Positions 1 through 9,386 of a DNA stretch of 24,000 nt are shown here, piece after piece. How positions within the stretch are numbered: position 1 is the first letter of the stretch; each line of letters opens with the position of its first letter. A program made the position numbers and the translations under genes. The notes beneath the pieces were generated by a model. The model had not been told where the DNA came from. It was given only the letters and a program-made list of their open reading frames with translations, and searched no databases. Origin of the DNA: an uncultured beta proteobacterium (GTDB taxonomy: Bacteria > Pseudomonadota > Gammaproteobacteria > Burkholderiales > Gallionellaceae); assembly GCA_942490555.1 (NCBI GenBank), contig CALNXP010000025.1:55518-79517 (forward strand), given 5' to 3'.

Positions 1-2
1 GC

Positions 3-326
3 ATGGCAACATTAGACCCGCTATTACATCAACCGTTACGCACCCAGATTGCCGCTTATCTGGCCGGGTCTGGTGAAGCCAGCTTCAGCGAACTCAAACG
101 GCATATACAGGTGTCCGACGGTAATCTGGACGCGCATATCAAAAAACTGATTGCAGCCGACTACATCACCACTAGAAAAGATGCCAGCACCGGCCGCACT
201 CAAACCTGTTATGCCTTAACCGCCAGCGGGCAACAGGCATTGCAGCACTATATTCACACACTGCAACAGCTACTCACCCCCGAACCAAGCGGCAACCACT
301 GGCAAGCGTCGGCAAAACCGGCGTAA
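3..326 (+). CDS. small winged-helix DNA-binding transcriptional regulator (HTH_34 / ArsR-MarR-like wHTH)
   Basis: The 107-aa ORF follows the pattern LHQPLRTQIAAYL...FSELKRHIQVSDGNLDAHIKKLIAADYITTRK...CYALTASGQQAL. This is typical of small wHTH regulators (helix-turn-helix followed by a wing). The ATG lies at the very start of the window, so the start is uncertain. Confidence 0.6.
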   Translation: MATLDPLLHQPLRTQIAAYLAGSGEASFSELKRHIQVSDGNLDAHIKKLIAADYITTRKDASTGRTQTCYALTASGQQALQHYIHTLQQLLTPEPSGNHWQASAKPA

Positions 327-399
327 ACCCTGGAATAAAATGTGGCTTGGGTTAGGGGCATCGCCCGTTGATGCGGTATACGACATGCGAGGCCCCGTA

Positions 400-497
400 A
401 CCCAGCTTGTAGGCGCGGGGGCAACTTCAGTCGCAAAACGGATTCGTCGACTACAGTCTAATACGACCACTATCCATGGTTTTCCATTTGACAGAAC
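400..497 (-). repeat. copy 1 (inverted, more diverged) of a ~91 bp intergenic repeat family with a GTAG-headed hairpin
   Basis: By-eye alignment matches gtaggcgcgggggcaacttcagtcgcaaaacgga...cgtcgactacag...ccatggttttccatttgacag to the reverse complement of the copies at 7450-7540 and 21871-21961. It lies between convergent genes. Confidence 0.6.
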
Positions 498-504
498 GCC
501 ACCC

Positions 505-2712
505 TCAACGCGCCAGCTCCCGTATCGCCCATGCTACGCGAATGGCAATCTCGGCGCTGACATTGCTGCCACTGTCGGCCGGGGCGTCGATTTTGCCGGC
601 ATGGGGTCCCTGGCGATACCAGTTACGCTCGGTCAGCACCGCAATGGCTTTGTCGAATACCGGCTTGGCAGGATCGGACTGAAATAAGGCGGCATACCAT
701 TTATAAGGGGTTTCGGCACCGCAATAACTGCGTGTTGGCTGCTCCAGACAACGCTGTTGCAGTTGCCCCAGGGTCAGGGTATCGGCACCAAATGGCGGGG
801 TACCGGTTTTCCCTGCCAGCCAGTCTATAGCGTGGCAATCCGTCACGGCGCTGGCCTTACAGGCCGCATAGGCGGTTCCTCCCGGTTTATGTCCCTGGCG
901 CATAGCGGTTAATACCCGATCGGCCACATCGGCCGCAATATTCAACGGCTCGGCGGCCGGGGCGTGTAATGCTGGCAGCTCAACGGCCTCCCCTGCCGCA
1001 TTCCATATTTGCTGTAATAAATAAGGCCGGCGCTGCTGTACCTGCCCGTTGGCCGCAGCCCCCAATCGAGCATACAGTCCCGCCACGCCCAGCACCGTGG
1101 CACGGGCATTGCCCTGCCCCCAGACTTCGGCTGCCTGATTTGCAATCGCATTGCCCCGGCATTTTCGCCAACGTTGTGTCGCACAATCTTGTGCATCCTG
1201 GCGCCTAAATGACAACGCCGCCCGCGACAGCGGCTGCACCGCATCGGTAAACAGCCGCCCATAAAATACGCGACTGCCCAGTGGAGTCACCGGCCCCAGT
1301 TGCGAATCCAGCGTCTGCCCCGCCTCGCGTCCCAGCAACAGCTCGCTAAAACCGCAATACCTTGAGTCAGAACGACAATCTCGATTCCAGCCCAGCGCCA
1401 AAGCCGCCTGTTGCGCTTGTAACAGCCGTTCCGCATTTTGTCCGTCACAGCGCCTATCCAGACAAAACATACGCGCTAAAAACGCCACCGAATCGGATTT
1501 TTTCAATTCACGCGTTAACTCGGCATCGGCATAACCATAGCCCGGCGTCTGCAACAGGCCCAGCGCCAGAATCGGCTTAATCGTCGAGGCGGGCATTGCA
1601 TCGATATACACGGCATGATTCAACAGTTTATCCGGCCAGTAACGCGCCGTTTGCGGCACCGGCGGACACTCCTTGGCACGCCCCGGGCCATCATACTGCT
1701 GGCGATAACATGGCGTATCGGCACTGGCCAGCGCCTGAATACGGCCAGTGGCCACATCCACAATCGCCAGCCCGGTCATACGCACCCTGGCCTGTTCATA
1801 AAAGTCATCACCGATATCCCCATCAATCGCGGCCAGCTTACAGGCAGCACTATCCCCGCTATAACAACGCACAATCTGCTGCGCCTGCCGCTGCATCTCA
1901 GGCTGCAAGGTCAACTCCAGATGAAAGCCCACCTCACGCTTATGGCCACTGCCCGGCAGCGCCGTCAGATTGGGGGCATCCTGGGTTAACTGCTGATACA
2001 GCGGTGACGCTGGCTGGCGTAAGGCATTCACCTCGCGTAATAACAGCGCCAGCGAATCGGGCTGTTGCTCATACGGCAACGGCATAAACTCACGTTCGCC
2101 CATCATCGCACAATACGGATTACGCCCCTGCGCCAGATAATAGTCACCCAAACGAATACAGCCCGGCAAACCACGCCAGGGGTTCACCCGTTTAAAGGTA
2201 TATTCCGGCAGACTGACCCAGGGGCTATCCACGGCAATATGCTGTTCCCGACGTAGCGCCAGGCTCTGGTTACTCCAGTTCAGCTGAGCCAGTGCATTAC
2301 CGGACAACAACAAACGCAACGCACGCCGCAGCTCACTGCAAGCGGCACCCAGCTGCGACCAGTCGGCCGCATCCACCACCAGTTGCTCCGCCAATCGGTA
2401 ATTGCCAGCAACACTTCCATCCGCCCGAATACCGGCCATAGCAGCCAGTCGCTGCTCCAGGGTGGCAATCTGCGGCTGCAAGCGACAGCCCGGCATGGTC
2501 TGCGCATCAAAACGCTGCGTCACCAGTTGCTGCGGACGCAGGCGCAATAACAGTTGCTCGGCCGCCTGCACCGCGGCCTGATCCTGATGACTGCCCGCAC
2601 TGCGTATGCCTTGCCATAACATCCAGCCAAACAACAACATCAACAGCAAACACAGATAATTAAACATCATCAGACCATAACGGAACGACGGATTCGATGC
2701 AGATTCACTCAT
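505..2712 (-). CDS. class-B penicillin-binding-protein-like transpeptidase with a long atypical N-terminal domain
   Basis: 735-aa ORF. It has an N-terminal TM helix (FNYLCLLLMLLFGWMLW), the SxxK active-site motif in MPASTIKPILALGLL, the KTG motif in LAGKTGTP, and a PBP2-like segment LAIVDVATGRIQALAS. Its ATG overlaps the stop of the upstream SEDS gene (ATGAGTGA, 8 nt). Confidence 0.75.
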   Translation of the reverse strand: MSESASNPSFRYGLMMFNYLCLLLMLLFGWMLWQGIRSAGSHQDQAAVQAAEQLLLRLRPQQLVTQRFDAQTMPGCRLQPQIATLEQRLAAMAGIRADGSVAGNYRLAEQLVVDAADWSQLGAACSELRRALRLLLSGNALAQLNWSNQSLALRREQHIAVDSPWVSLPEYTFKRVNPWRGLPGCIRLGDYYLAQGRNPYCAMMGEREFMPLPYEQQPDSLALLLREVNALRQPASPLYQQLTQDAPNLTALPGSGHKREVGFHLELTLQPEMQRQAQQIVRCYSGDSAACKLAAIDGDIGDDFYEQARVRMTGLAIVDVATGRIQALASADTPCYRQQYDGPGRAKECPPVPQTARYWPDKLLNHAVYIDAMPASTIKPILALGLLQTPGYGYADAELTRELKKSDSVAFLARMFCLDRRCDGQNAERLLQAQQAALALGWNRDCRSDSRYCGFSELLLGREAGQTLDSQLGPVTPLGSRVFYGRLFTDAVQPLSRAALSFRRQDAQDCATQRWRKCRGNAIANQAAEVWGQGNARATVLGVAGLYARLGAAANGQVQQRRPYLLQQIWNAAGEAVELPALHAPAAEPLNIAADVADRVLTAMRQGHKPGGTAYAACKASAVTDCHAIDWLAGKTGTPPFGADTLTLGQLQQRCLEQPTRSYCGAETPYKWYAALFQSDPAKPVFDKAIAVLTERNWYRQGPHAGKIDAPADSGSNVSAEIAIRVAWAIRELAR

Positions 2713-4984
2713 CGCGGACCTCGCGGGATGCCGGAAAAATCAGATTGACACTCAACGCCAATAACAGCGTATTTGCCCATAACGACATGGCGCCATAACT
2801 GACAAAAGGAAAGGTAATCCCGGTCAGCGGAAAAAACCCCATATTCGCCGCCACGGTAATAAACAACTGAAACAACAACAAGCCCAGCCACAACAGACAC
2901 ATCCAGCTGACCCAGCTTTGCACATTGGCCGGACACATTCCCCCCAACTGAGGACGGGATACTACCGAACGTTGCTGATTAAACAATAAACGCATCCACC
3001 ACAACAACATCAGCCCCAACAACAGCACCATCGCCAGCGAACTGCCCAGCACCCCCTGTAACGCGGTTAACGTGTAATCGCTCTGAATCTGTGCCGGCAC
3101 ACCACCGCACCACTGACCGGCGCTATCGCCACACCAAGGTACATAGCCAAAACCATAACCGCCCCCGGGAATCGACGCCCTGAAATTATGAATCAGTGCC
3201 ATTTGATCATTCGCCGCCGAATATGGATCAAACACACTGGCCAGCCGTTCACGGGTACGCGCATGCCACTGTCCCAGACTAAACAATACCGCGGTTAACA
3301 CCAAGGCCAACCCCAGAATCAGTCCCAACCCGGCCGGCAGCGCGCGATACCAGGGCCAGCCTCGCTCACTGCGCAAGGCCGCAGCCAGCAATGCACCACA
3401 AAGCAAAATACCGCCATACAGCGTCACCAGCAGCGGCCCGTTATCATCGGTTACAATCAGCCCAATCACCGGCACCAGCACCATCAACAACAGCGGTTTT
3501 ATCCAGTCACGCCAGCCACGCAGCAACAAGCTGCTGCGCATACACAGAAAATACCCCACCCCAAACAACAGCCATAAGCGCCACAACTCCGAAGTAAACT
3601 GGCGCTGATGCTGCAACATCAAGGCAACCACCACCACCGCAGCAATCACCCCGGCAATTTTCAGCCATTGCCAGCTATCCATACTGAGCAACAAGCGCGC
3701 ATACCCATCGGCCATTCTGCGCAACAACCAGAAACGCCAGGCCGGCAATAACGAAATCAGAATAAACGCCACCAGCAAATTGCGCTGCTGATACAAGGCC
3801 AGATAGCGATTTTTTTCATGTGCATGAGTAGATAAATCCAGCAATACCAGCCAGCCCAGCCCCAACAACAACACAAATACCGGGAACCCCAGACGTGAGG
3901 TCACATATTGCAAGGGCCGCGGTTGTCCAGGAAAACGCCAGCCCACAGCCAGACAAAGTGCGCCCGCAGCCGCCATCCACCACCAAAAATAAAGCGACCA
4001 GCTCGCTGGCAGCAAGACCCCGCTCAACCAGCCGGCACCCGCCCACAGTATCAGCCCGGCACCGGTCAACACCGCCAGCGGCACCCGTGGCGCCCGGGTA
4101 AAATTCAACAATAGTAATGCCAGCAGCGTATATAGCAACAGTATCCAACCGGCCTGAGATGGCAAGCTGAGCATACGCTCGGCCTTTTGCGCCTGCTCCA
4201 CACTGGCCTGCGCCTTAGCCATTACCGCGACCGCCTGACGCATGGCCTGGGCCGGTTGTAACTGGGCACAGCCCTTAGCGGAAGTAGTGACGGCCGGTAA
4301 CTGACGCAAGCCCTGAGCCACCTGTGGTGACGCCCCGCGCAAAATCGCAGCCGCCATTAACGCACTGTCCGCCGCCGACCAGCCGGCCGGGGGATCTATC
4401 AAACGCTGTAAGGCACATTGTAGTGCTGGCGAATACCATTGCTGCTGTTGATCCCGTTGCAAACCATAGTAAGTGGCAAACCCGCTATCCGACTGCCCTA
4501 GCGGCGACGGTTGCTGCTCGTTAAGCGGTAGCAGCCCGGCTCTAGCCAGCGCCCAATCCGTTGCATCAGGCGGTTGTTCCCACTGCAACGGCGAACGAAA
4601 TAACTGCTGTGCCTGAGCCAGTTCAGCGCGTAACGGCGCCCGCCAGTCGGCCAGATCCACACTTGGTGACAAATCACCACACCAGGCCTGGCGCCACTGG
4701 GGCAAGGCACTACCCTTGAGGCTGCAGGCCTGCTGACTAAGCTCATGCCCCAATGCGGACGGCACCACCACCGCCACGGCAGCATCCTGCTGATAACGTG
4801 GCCCGGTAGATTGTTTAAAATGCTCACCGGATAATGGCCAGGCCAGCATCAACAGCAATAACAATACCACCCCGGTCAATGCCGCCTCCGCCATCCAATA
4901 GCAAGAACGCGGCAGTTGCAGTAAACGATTAATCATCAGCCTTAAAACCTGTGAATACGCTTGATAAAGGTATGCCCTGCTCAC
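2705..4984 (-). CDS. SEDS-family (FtsW/RodA/SpoVE-like) polytopic membrane protein with a ~270-aa N-terminal extracytoplasmic extension
   Basis: 759-aa ORF. After one N-terminal TM helix and a Q/A/W-rich soluble segment come about 10 hydrophobic helices. The C-terminal SEDS signature region is FFPLTGITFPFVSYGAMSLW (compare the canonical LPLTG..LPF.SYGGS). The longest ORF starts at GTG 4984. An ATG at 4936 (MINRLL...) preceded by AAGG is an alternative start. Confidence 0.75.
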   Translation of the reverse strand: MSRAYLYQAYSQVLRLMINRLLQLPRSCYWMAEAALTGVVLLLLLMLAWPLSGEHFKQSTGPRYQQDAAVAVVVPSALGHELSQQACSLKGSALPQWRQAWCGDLSPSVDLADWRAPLRAELAQAQQLFRSPLQWEQPPDATDWALARAGLLPLNEQQPSPLGQSDSGFATYYGLQRDQQQQWYSPALQCALQRLIDPPAGWSAADSALMAAAILRGASPQVAQGLRQLPAVTTSAKGCAQLQPAQAMRQAVAVMAKAQASVEQAQKAERMLSLPSQAGWILLLYTLLALLLLNFTRAPRVPLAVLTGAGLILWAGAGWLSGVLLPASWSLYFWWWMAAAGALCLAVGWRFPGQPRPLQYVTSRLGFPVFVLLLGLGWLVLLDLSTHAHEKNRYLALYQQRNLLVAFILISLLPAWRFWLLRRMADGYARLLLSMDSWQWLKIAGVIAAVVVVALMLQHQRQFTSELWRLWLLFGVGYFLCMRSSLLLRGWRDWIKPLLLMVLVPVIGLIVTDDNGPLLVTLYGGILLCGALLAAALRSERGWPWYRALPAGLGLILGLALVLTAVLFSLGQWHARTRERLASVFDPYSAANDQMALIHNFRASIPGGGYGFGYVPWCGDSAGQWCGGVPAQIQSDYTLTALQGVLGSSLAMVLLLGLMLLWWMRLLFNQQRSVVSRPQLGGMCPANVQSWVSWMCLLWLGLLLFQLFITVAANMGFFPLTGITFPFVSYGAMSLWANTLLLALSVNLIFPASREVRDE

Positions 4985-4995
4985 GCATTATAATC

Positions 4996-5153
4996 GTGCT
5001 AAACGTCGCTACGCCGCGTGAAAACCCTAACCCCATTGTAGGGTGCGTCACATGCACCACATGCTTGTTCATTGAGACGTGGTGCACGGAGTGCACCCTA
5101 CCAGAAATGTCATATTGCATTCTAACAGGATGAATACTTGTGATGTTTAGCAC
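4996..5153. mobile_element. MITE-like element (~158 bp) with 12-bp terminal inverted repeats and an internal inverted REP pair
   Basis: The left end gtgctaaacgtc (4996-5007) and right end gatgtttagcac (5142-5153) are inverse complements (11 of 12). The internal REP pair is gtagggtgcgtcacatgcacc (5038-5058) and ggtgcacggagtgcaccctac (5081-5101). A shorter homologous copy lies at 21997-22103. The right end overlaps the copA stop codon. Confidence 0.55.
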
Positions 5154-7321
5154 TGGTTTTTCGCCGGACGCCAGCGTTTTAAGCGTAACGCATTACTCAC
5201 CACCGACACCGAGCTTAACGCCATCGCTGCACCGGCCACCATAGGATTCAACAGTCCAATAATCGCCACCGGAATCGCCAGCATGTTATAGCCAAACGCA
5301 AACAACAGATTTTGACGAATTTTACGGATAGCCGCATGCGAAATAGCAATCGCATCCACCAGGCTGGCCGGATCATTACGCATCAAGGTAATATCGGCCG
5401 CTTCCATCGCAATATCACTACCGCTGCGCATGGCAAAACTGACATCGGCCGCAGCCAGTGCTGGCGCATCATTAATGCCGTCACCCACCATACCCACGAT
5501 AAAGCCCTGGTTCTGCAGTTCTTTGATCTTATCTGCCTTATCTTCCGGCCTGACTTCCGCCTCAAACCCGGTCAGATTCAGTTGCTCTGCAATTGCCTGA
5601 CAACTGGCCTGCTGATCACCACTGAGCATAAACACCCGCACACCCTGCTGCTTTAACTGCGCCACCGCCCGTGCCGATGATTCGCGCAAGGTATCGCTAA
5701 GCGCAATATAGCCTTGCACCAGCCCCTTGCTCTTTAACGCCACCACGGTATGCCCTCGCTGTTGCCACTGCAGCACCTGTTCGGGAGCCGGTTGACCATT
5801 CAGAATAAAATTCAGCGAACCCAACTGATAAAACTTGCCCTCAATTTCTGCACTCAGCCCCTGCCCCGGCAGTTCCTTAACCGCCACACTCAGCTCGGCC
5901 GGGCACTCCGGCACCGCCGCCAGCAACGCACGCGATAACGGGTGCGTAGACATCTGTGCCAACTGTGCCGCTTGCATTAATAACTGCTCGCGGCTAATTT
6001 CGCTGACCACCATCACCTCACTGACCGTGGGTTTACCTTGAGTCAGGGTGCCGGTTTTATCCAGCACCAGCACCTCCAGCTTATGCGCACGCTCCAGGGT
6101 ATCGGCATCCTTAACCAGGATGCCATGCCGTGCTGCCACCCCGGTAGCCACCACCAGCGCCGCCGGTGTTGCCAGTCCCAAGGCGCACGGACAGGAAATC
6201 ACCAGCACCGCGACCGCATTAACCAGCGCCACCGACACATCATCCAGCAGCCACCACCACATCACAAAGGTCAGCAGTGCAATCGACACCACACACGGCA
6301 CAAAAATCGCCGCAATGGTATCGACCAGTTTCTGAATTCTGGCCTTGGAACCCTGCGCACGTTCTACCATACGGATAATATTCGCCAACTGGGTGTGCGT
6401 GCCTATGGCCTGGGCGCGGCAACGCATTACCCCGCTTTGATTCACCGTCGCCGCAAACACCTTATCCCCCAACTGCTTTTGCTGCGGCCAGCTTTCTCCG
6501 GTCAGCATGGCCTCATCCACACTGGACTGCCCCTCAATCACCTCACCATCCACCGGCACCCGATCACCGCTACGCACCACAAACACATCGTTAACCTTAA
6601 GACAGTTCACCGGCACTTGCACCAGCTCCCCCTGCTGCTCAACCGTGGCCATTTCCGGCTGTAGATTAATCAACGCCTGCAATGCAGCCGAGGCCTTGCC
6701 TTTGGCGCGGGATTCCAACAACTTACCCAGCATAATCAGCGTAATCAAGGTCGCACTGGCCTCAAAATACACCGCCTGATCCAGCTGCAAGACCACCACC
6801 GCGCAACTGAAAAAATACGCGGCACTGGTCCCCAGCACCACCAGCACATCCATATTGGCACTGCCGCCACGCAGACTGGACCAGCAGCCCCGGTAAAAAC
6901 GTGCCCCTATCCAGAACTGCACCGGCGTTGCCAGCAGCCACTGCCACCAGACTGGCATCCAGTGCTGTCCCGAGTCGGAAAACAGCATCACCAGCATATC
7001 CAGCCACATCGGCAAGGTCAGCAACAACGCAAACAACAACATCCATTGTTCACGCCGATAAGCCACCCGCCGCGCCTGCTGCTGAGCCGCATAATCTTTC
7101 AGCAACGCCGCCTGAAAACCTATCTGCTTAATCGCCGCCACCAGTTTATCCAGATCCCAATCCTGGGGATCAAAACTGATCGCCGCCTTCTCGGTAGCAA
7201 TATTGACATTGGCCTGAATACCCGCCAGTTGATTCAGGCTTTTCTCCAGTCTGGCTGCGCAGTTCGCACAACGCATTCCCCCTATCGCCAGCTCGATATA
7301 GTTATAGTTATCCGTATTCAT
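5147..7321 (-). CDS. copA: copper-translocating P1B-type ATPase
   Basis: 724 aa. It has an N-terminal HMA domain with GMRCANCA (CxxC), the actuator motif TGES, the transmembrane CPC motif ([11 protein letters not shown]), the phosphorylation site DKTGTLT, the HP motif (STHPLS) and the hinge [10 protein letters not shown]. Confidence 0.95.
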   Translation of the reverse strand: MNTDNYNYIELAIGGMRCANCAARLEKSLNQLAGIQANVNIATEKAAISFDPQDWDLDKLVAAIKQIGFQAALLKDYAAQQQARRVAYRREQWMLLFALLLTLPMWLDMLVMLFSDSGQHWMPVWWQWLLATPVQFWIGARFYRGCWSSLRGGSANMDVLVVLGTSAAYFFSCAVVVLQLDQAVYFEASATLITLIMLGKLLESRAKGKASAALQALINLQPEMATVEQQGELVQVPVNCLKVNDVFVVRSGDRVPVDGEVIEGQSSVDEAMLTGESWPQQKQLGDKVFAATVNQSGVMRCRAQAIGTHTQLANIIRMVERAQGSKARIQKLVDTIAAIFVPCVVSIALLTFVMWWWLLDDVSVALVNAVAVLVISCPCALGLATPAALVVATGVAARHGILVKDADTLERAHKLEVLVLDKTGTLTQGKPTVSEVMVVSEISREQLLMQAAQLAQMSTHPLSRALLAAVPECPAELSVAVKELPGQGLSAEIEGKFYQLGSLNFILNGQPAPEQVLQWQQRGHTVVALKSKGLVQGYIALSDTLRESSARAVAQLKQQGVRVFMLSGDQQASCQAIAEQLNLTGFEAEVRPEDKADKIKELQNQGFIVGMVGDGINDAPALAAADVSFAMRSGSDIAMEAADITLMRNDPASLVDAIAISHAAIRKIRQNLLFAFGYNMLAIPVAIIGLLNPMVAGAAMALSSVSVVSNALRLKRWRPAKNQC

Positions 7322-7449
7322 CTCTCAGCGCCCAAATAATCGGACTGTAATCATACACAATCCTCGCCACCGATGAGAACCCTGCTGGCCATCCCCCGCC
7401 CGGCATCATGCATCAACCCTGCTTAGGCCGTATTGACATCAGGCAGCGT

Positions 7450-7540
7450 TCCATCAAAACCAAAACCCTGGATAGTGTCGCAGCTGTGACTTTAGCCGAA
7501 GCATACATTTTGCGACTAAAGTCGCACCTACGCCTTAAAA
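7450..7540 (+). repeat. copy 2 of the ~91 bp intergenic repeat family
   Basis: The sequence tccatcaaaaccaaaaccctggatagtgtcgcagctgtgactttagccgaagcatacattttgcgactaaagtcgcacctacgccttaaaa aligns without gaps to 21871-21961, with about 14 mismatches by eye. It contains the hairpin tgcgact-aa-agtcgca next to CTAC (GTAG on the other strand). Confidence 0.8.
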
Positions 7541-7582
7541 TCATTCACCCGCATTTGAAATGATTGACAAAACAGTAGTACC

Positions 7583-8356
7583 TCAACCCAGCTTAAACAA
7601 ACGCTGAAAATTTTCGGTAGTCTGCTGTTCCACCTCGGCCAATGAAATGCCTTTTAAGGTGGCGATTTCTTCGGCCACATGCTTAACATAGGCCGGCTGG
7701 TTTAATTTACCGCGAAACGGCACGGGCGCCAGATAAGGCGAATCGGTTTCTATCAACAACCGCTCCAACGGCACCTTCTGCGCCACGGCCTTCACCTGCT
7801 TGGCATTTTTAAAGGTAACAATCCCGGAAAAAGAAATATAAAACCCCATTTCCAGCGCCTGCTCGGCCATCTCCCAGCTCTCGGTAAAACAATGCAACAC
7901 CCCGCCCGCCTGCTCGGCCTTTTCCTGCTGCATAATCGCAATGGTGTCATCCACCGCCGCGCGAGTATGAATAATCAATGGCTTTTGCGTCTGAATCGAC
8001 GCCCGAATATGCTGACGAAAGCGCTCACGCTGCCAGCTTAAATCACCTTCCAGACGATAATAATCCAGCCCGGTCTCACCAATCGCCACCACCCGCGCAT
8101 GATCCGCCAGCGCCACCAACTGCTCGGCACTGGGCTCGTCCTCATCCTCATAATCCGGATGCACCCCCACCGACGCAAAAATATTGTCATGCGCCTCGGC
8201 CAGCGCCAACACCTGCGGAAAATCACGCAAATTCACCGACACACACAACGCCTGCGATACATTATTCTCCTGCATACGCTGCAACACACCCGCCATATCA
8301 TCCGCCAGCTCAGGAAAATTAATATGACAATGGGAATCAACAAAACTCATTCGCAA
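7583..8356 (-). CDS. TatD-family metal-dependent hydrolase/DNase (YcfH/TatD-like)
   Basis: 257 aa. Motifs are FVDSHCHINF, GETGLDYY, IIHTR, HCFTES and ETDSPYLAPVP. The start may be the internal MSFVDSHCH (8350). Confidence 0.9.
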   Translation of the reverse strand: MRMSFVDSHCHINFPELADDMAGVLQRMQENNVSQALCVSVNLRDFPQVLALAEAHDNIFASVGVHPDYEDEDEPSAEQLVALADHARVVAIGETGLDYYRLEGDLSWQRERFRQHIRASIQTQKPLIIHTRAAVDDTIAIMQQEKAEQAGGVLHCFTESWEMAEQALEMGFYISFSGIVTFKNAKQVKAVAQKVPLERLLIETDSPYLAPVPFRGKLNQPAYVKHVAEEIATLKGISLAEVEQQTTENFQRLFKLG

Positions 8357-8769
8357 CCTAACCTTTTTAATTTATTAAACAAATAGCCATTTACACCCGT
8401 ATTTTTCACGACCACAACAGAACACACCACCAACAACGGATTGCCCTTAGCTAAAAGCTGCGACTATAGCAACAATACCGCCGCTGTGCCTACCGGCAGC
8501 TCTCCCCAACCTCTATGGATAACACCCTGCATAGCGGCTAAAAGTCGTAATGGGATCACCGTGTGAATCAGGCAAGTTTATTTTCAAGCCACCCAAACAC
8601 CGCTTACGCTTAGCGTTTGCTCATCGTGCAAACCGCACACCCCAACGGCTTGAAAAGTTTAACCTAATCCAGCGTATTTTTAGACTAAAGGCGCAGGTTA
8701 ACCGCCGTGATGAATATGAATCCACATAATTCAATGGATTGCCATAAACATACCCATAAGTATTCAACC

Positions 8770-9022
8770 CCCCAGCCAGTCCAATCGGATCAGATGAAGA
8801 AGATTGCCAAGTGTTTTGGGATCACAACCGATTGGTTGTTATTTGAAGAAGATGAACGCGGGCCGGATGAGCGGCTAAAGCTTCAGTTTGAAGCGGTTTC
8901 TAAACTGGAAGGTAAAGAACGTGAAGCACGTGGAAACGGTCATTGCCAGTGTATTGCATATGCATGATGCGAAGCGTTGGAGCCAATTAGCTTCAACATC
9001 CACAGCTAAAGAGGAGAAGTAG
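8770..9022 (+). pseudogene. decayed XRE/Cro-type HTH regulator (N-terminally truncated, +1 frameshift)
   Basis: The frame starting at 8707 encodes ...MKKIAKCFGITTDWLLFEEDERGPDERLKLQFEAVSKLEGKEREA, the last HTH helix plus linker. The expected C-terminus VETVIASVLHMHDAKRWSQLAS... continues in another frame from about 8930 to TAG 9020-9022. The first HTH helices are missing. Confidence 0.5.
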
Positions 9023-9051
9023 TATCGTCGTAAATTAGTTTTATATAAGCG

Positions 9052-9083
9052 CTGATCCAAGGTGCGCCAACACCTTGGATTAG
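9052..9083. promoter_or_regulatory. strong perfect palindrome/hairpin upstream of symE (operator, terminator of the decayed HTH gene, or antisense-RNA element)
   Basis: atccaaggtg (9055-9064) and caccttggat (9071-9080) are perfect inverse complements separated by a 6-nt spacer, with three extra flanking pairs. The structure lies about 35-60 nt upstream of the symE ATG, and no U-tract follows it. Confidence 0.3.
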
Positions 9084-9114
9084 CTAATCACAACAACCTA
9101 ATCAGGAGGTTATT

Positions 9115-9360
9115 ATGACTGAACGTAATACTAAGTCAGGGAGCCGTTCGGCTCAAGTTTGTGTGTGCCAACAACGTCGCATCAAGGTGGGTGGGTTTCA
9201 TTATCCGGCTCGTCTGGGTGATAACCCGTATCGACCACGGCCACCGGTGCCGTGGTTACCGCTTAAAGGTTTGTGGCTGGAACAGGCGGGGTTTGAGGTG
9301 GATACGACGGTGACGGTTCGGGTGATGGAAGGATGTTTGGTGGTGATGGTGGCTTCGTAA
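9115..9360 (+). CDS. symE: SymE-family type I toxin-antitoxin toxin (AbrB/SpoVT-fold, endoribonuclease-like)
   Basis: 81 aa. The C-terminal pattern PVPWLPLKGLWLEQAGFEVDTTVTVRVMEGCLVVM matches the SymE family signature (LKG.WL..AGF..G..V.V.V..G.LV). A strong RBS (aggaggttattATG) precedes it and an intrinsic terminator follows directly. Confidence 0.8.
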   Translation: MTERNTKSGSRSAQVCVCQQRRIKVGGFHYPARLGDNPYRPRPPVPWLPLKGLWLEQAGFEVDTTVTVRVMEGCLVVMVAS

Positions 9361-9380
9361 AGCGAAGCCATCATTTTTTA
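9345..9380 (+). terminator. rho-independent terminator of symE
   Basis: The stem pairs tggcttcg (9350-9357) with cgaagcca (9363-9370), extended by flanking pairs. A run of six T (9374-9379) follows. Confidence 0.7.
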
Positions 9381-9386
9381 AGACAT

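Noticed and set aside
1596-2087. Long antisense ORFs inside GC-rich genes (for example 1596-2087, 3816-4148, 6038-6664, 6962-7339, 7978-8322, 22430-22820).
   Set aside because: They lie opposite genes with strong family motifs and have low-complexity P/R/H/T-rich translations typical of GC-rich antisense frames. They are spurious.
4961-4994. A plus-strand promoter TTGATA ... TATAAT near the SEDS gene start.
   Set aside because: The spacer is about 22 nt, which is too long, and no plus-strand gene lies downstream. Only the minus-strand TATAAT is mentioned, as a low-confidence idea in the MITE finding.
7322-7449. A CueR/MerR-type operator expected upstream of copA.
   Set aside because: I found no convincing dyad with long-spacer -35/-10 architecture by eye, so no site can be supported.
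9031-9055. A possible LexA (SOS) box upstream of symE, as in E. coli (agttttatataagcgctg).
   Set aside because: It lacks the CTG...CAG half-sites at the correct spacing and resembles the box only in its AT-rich core.
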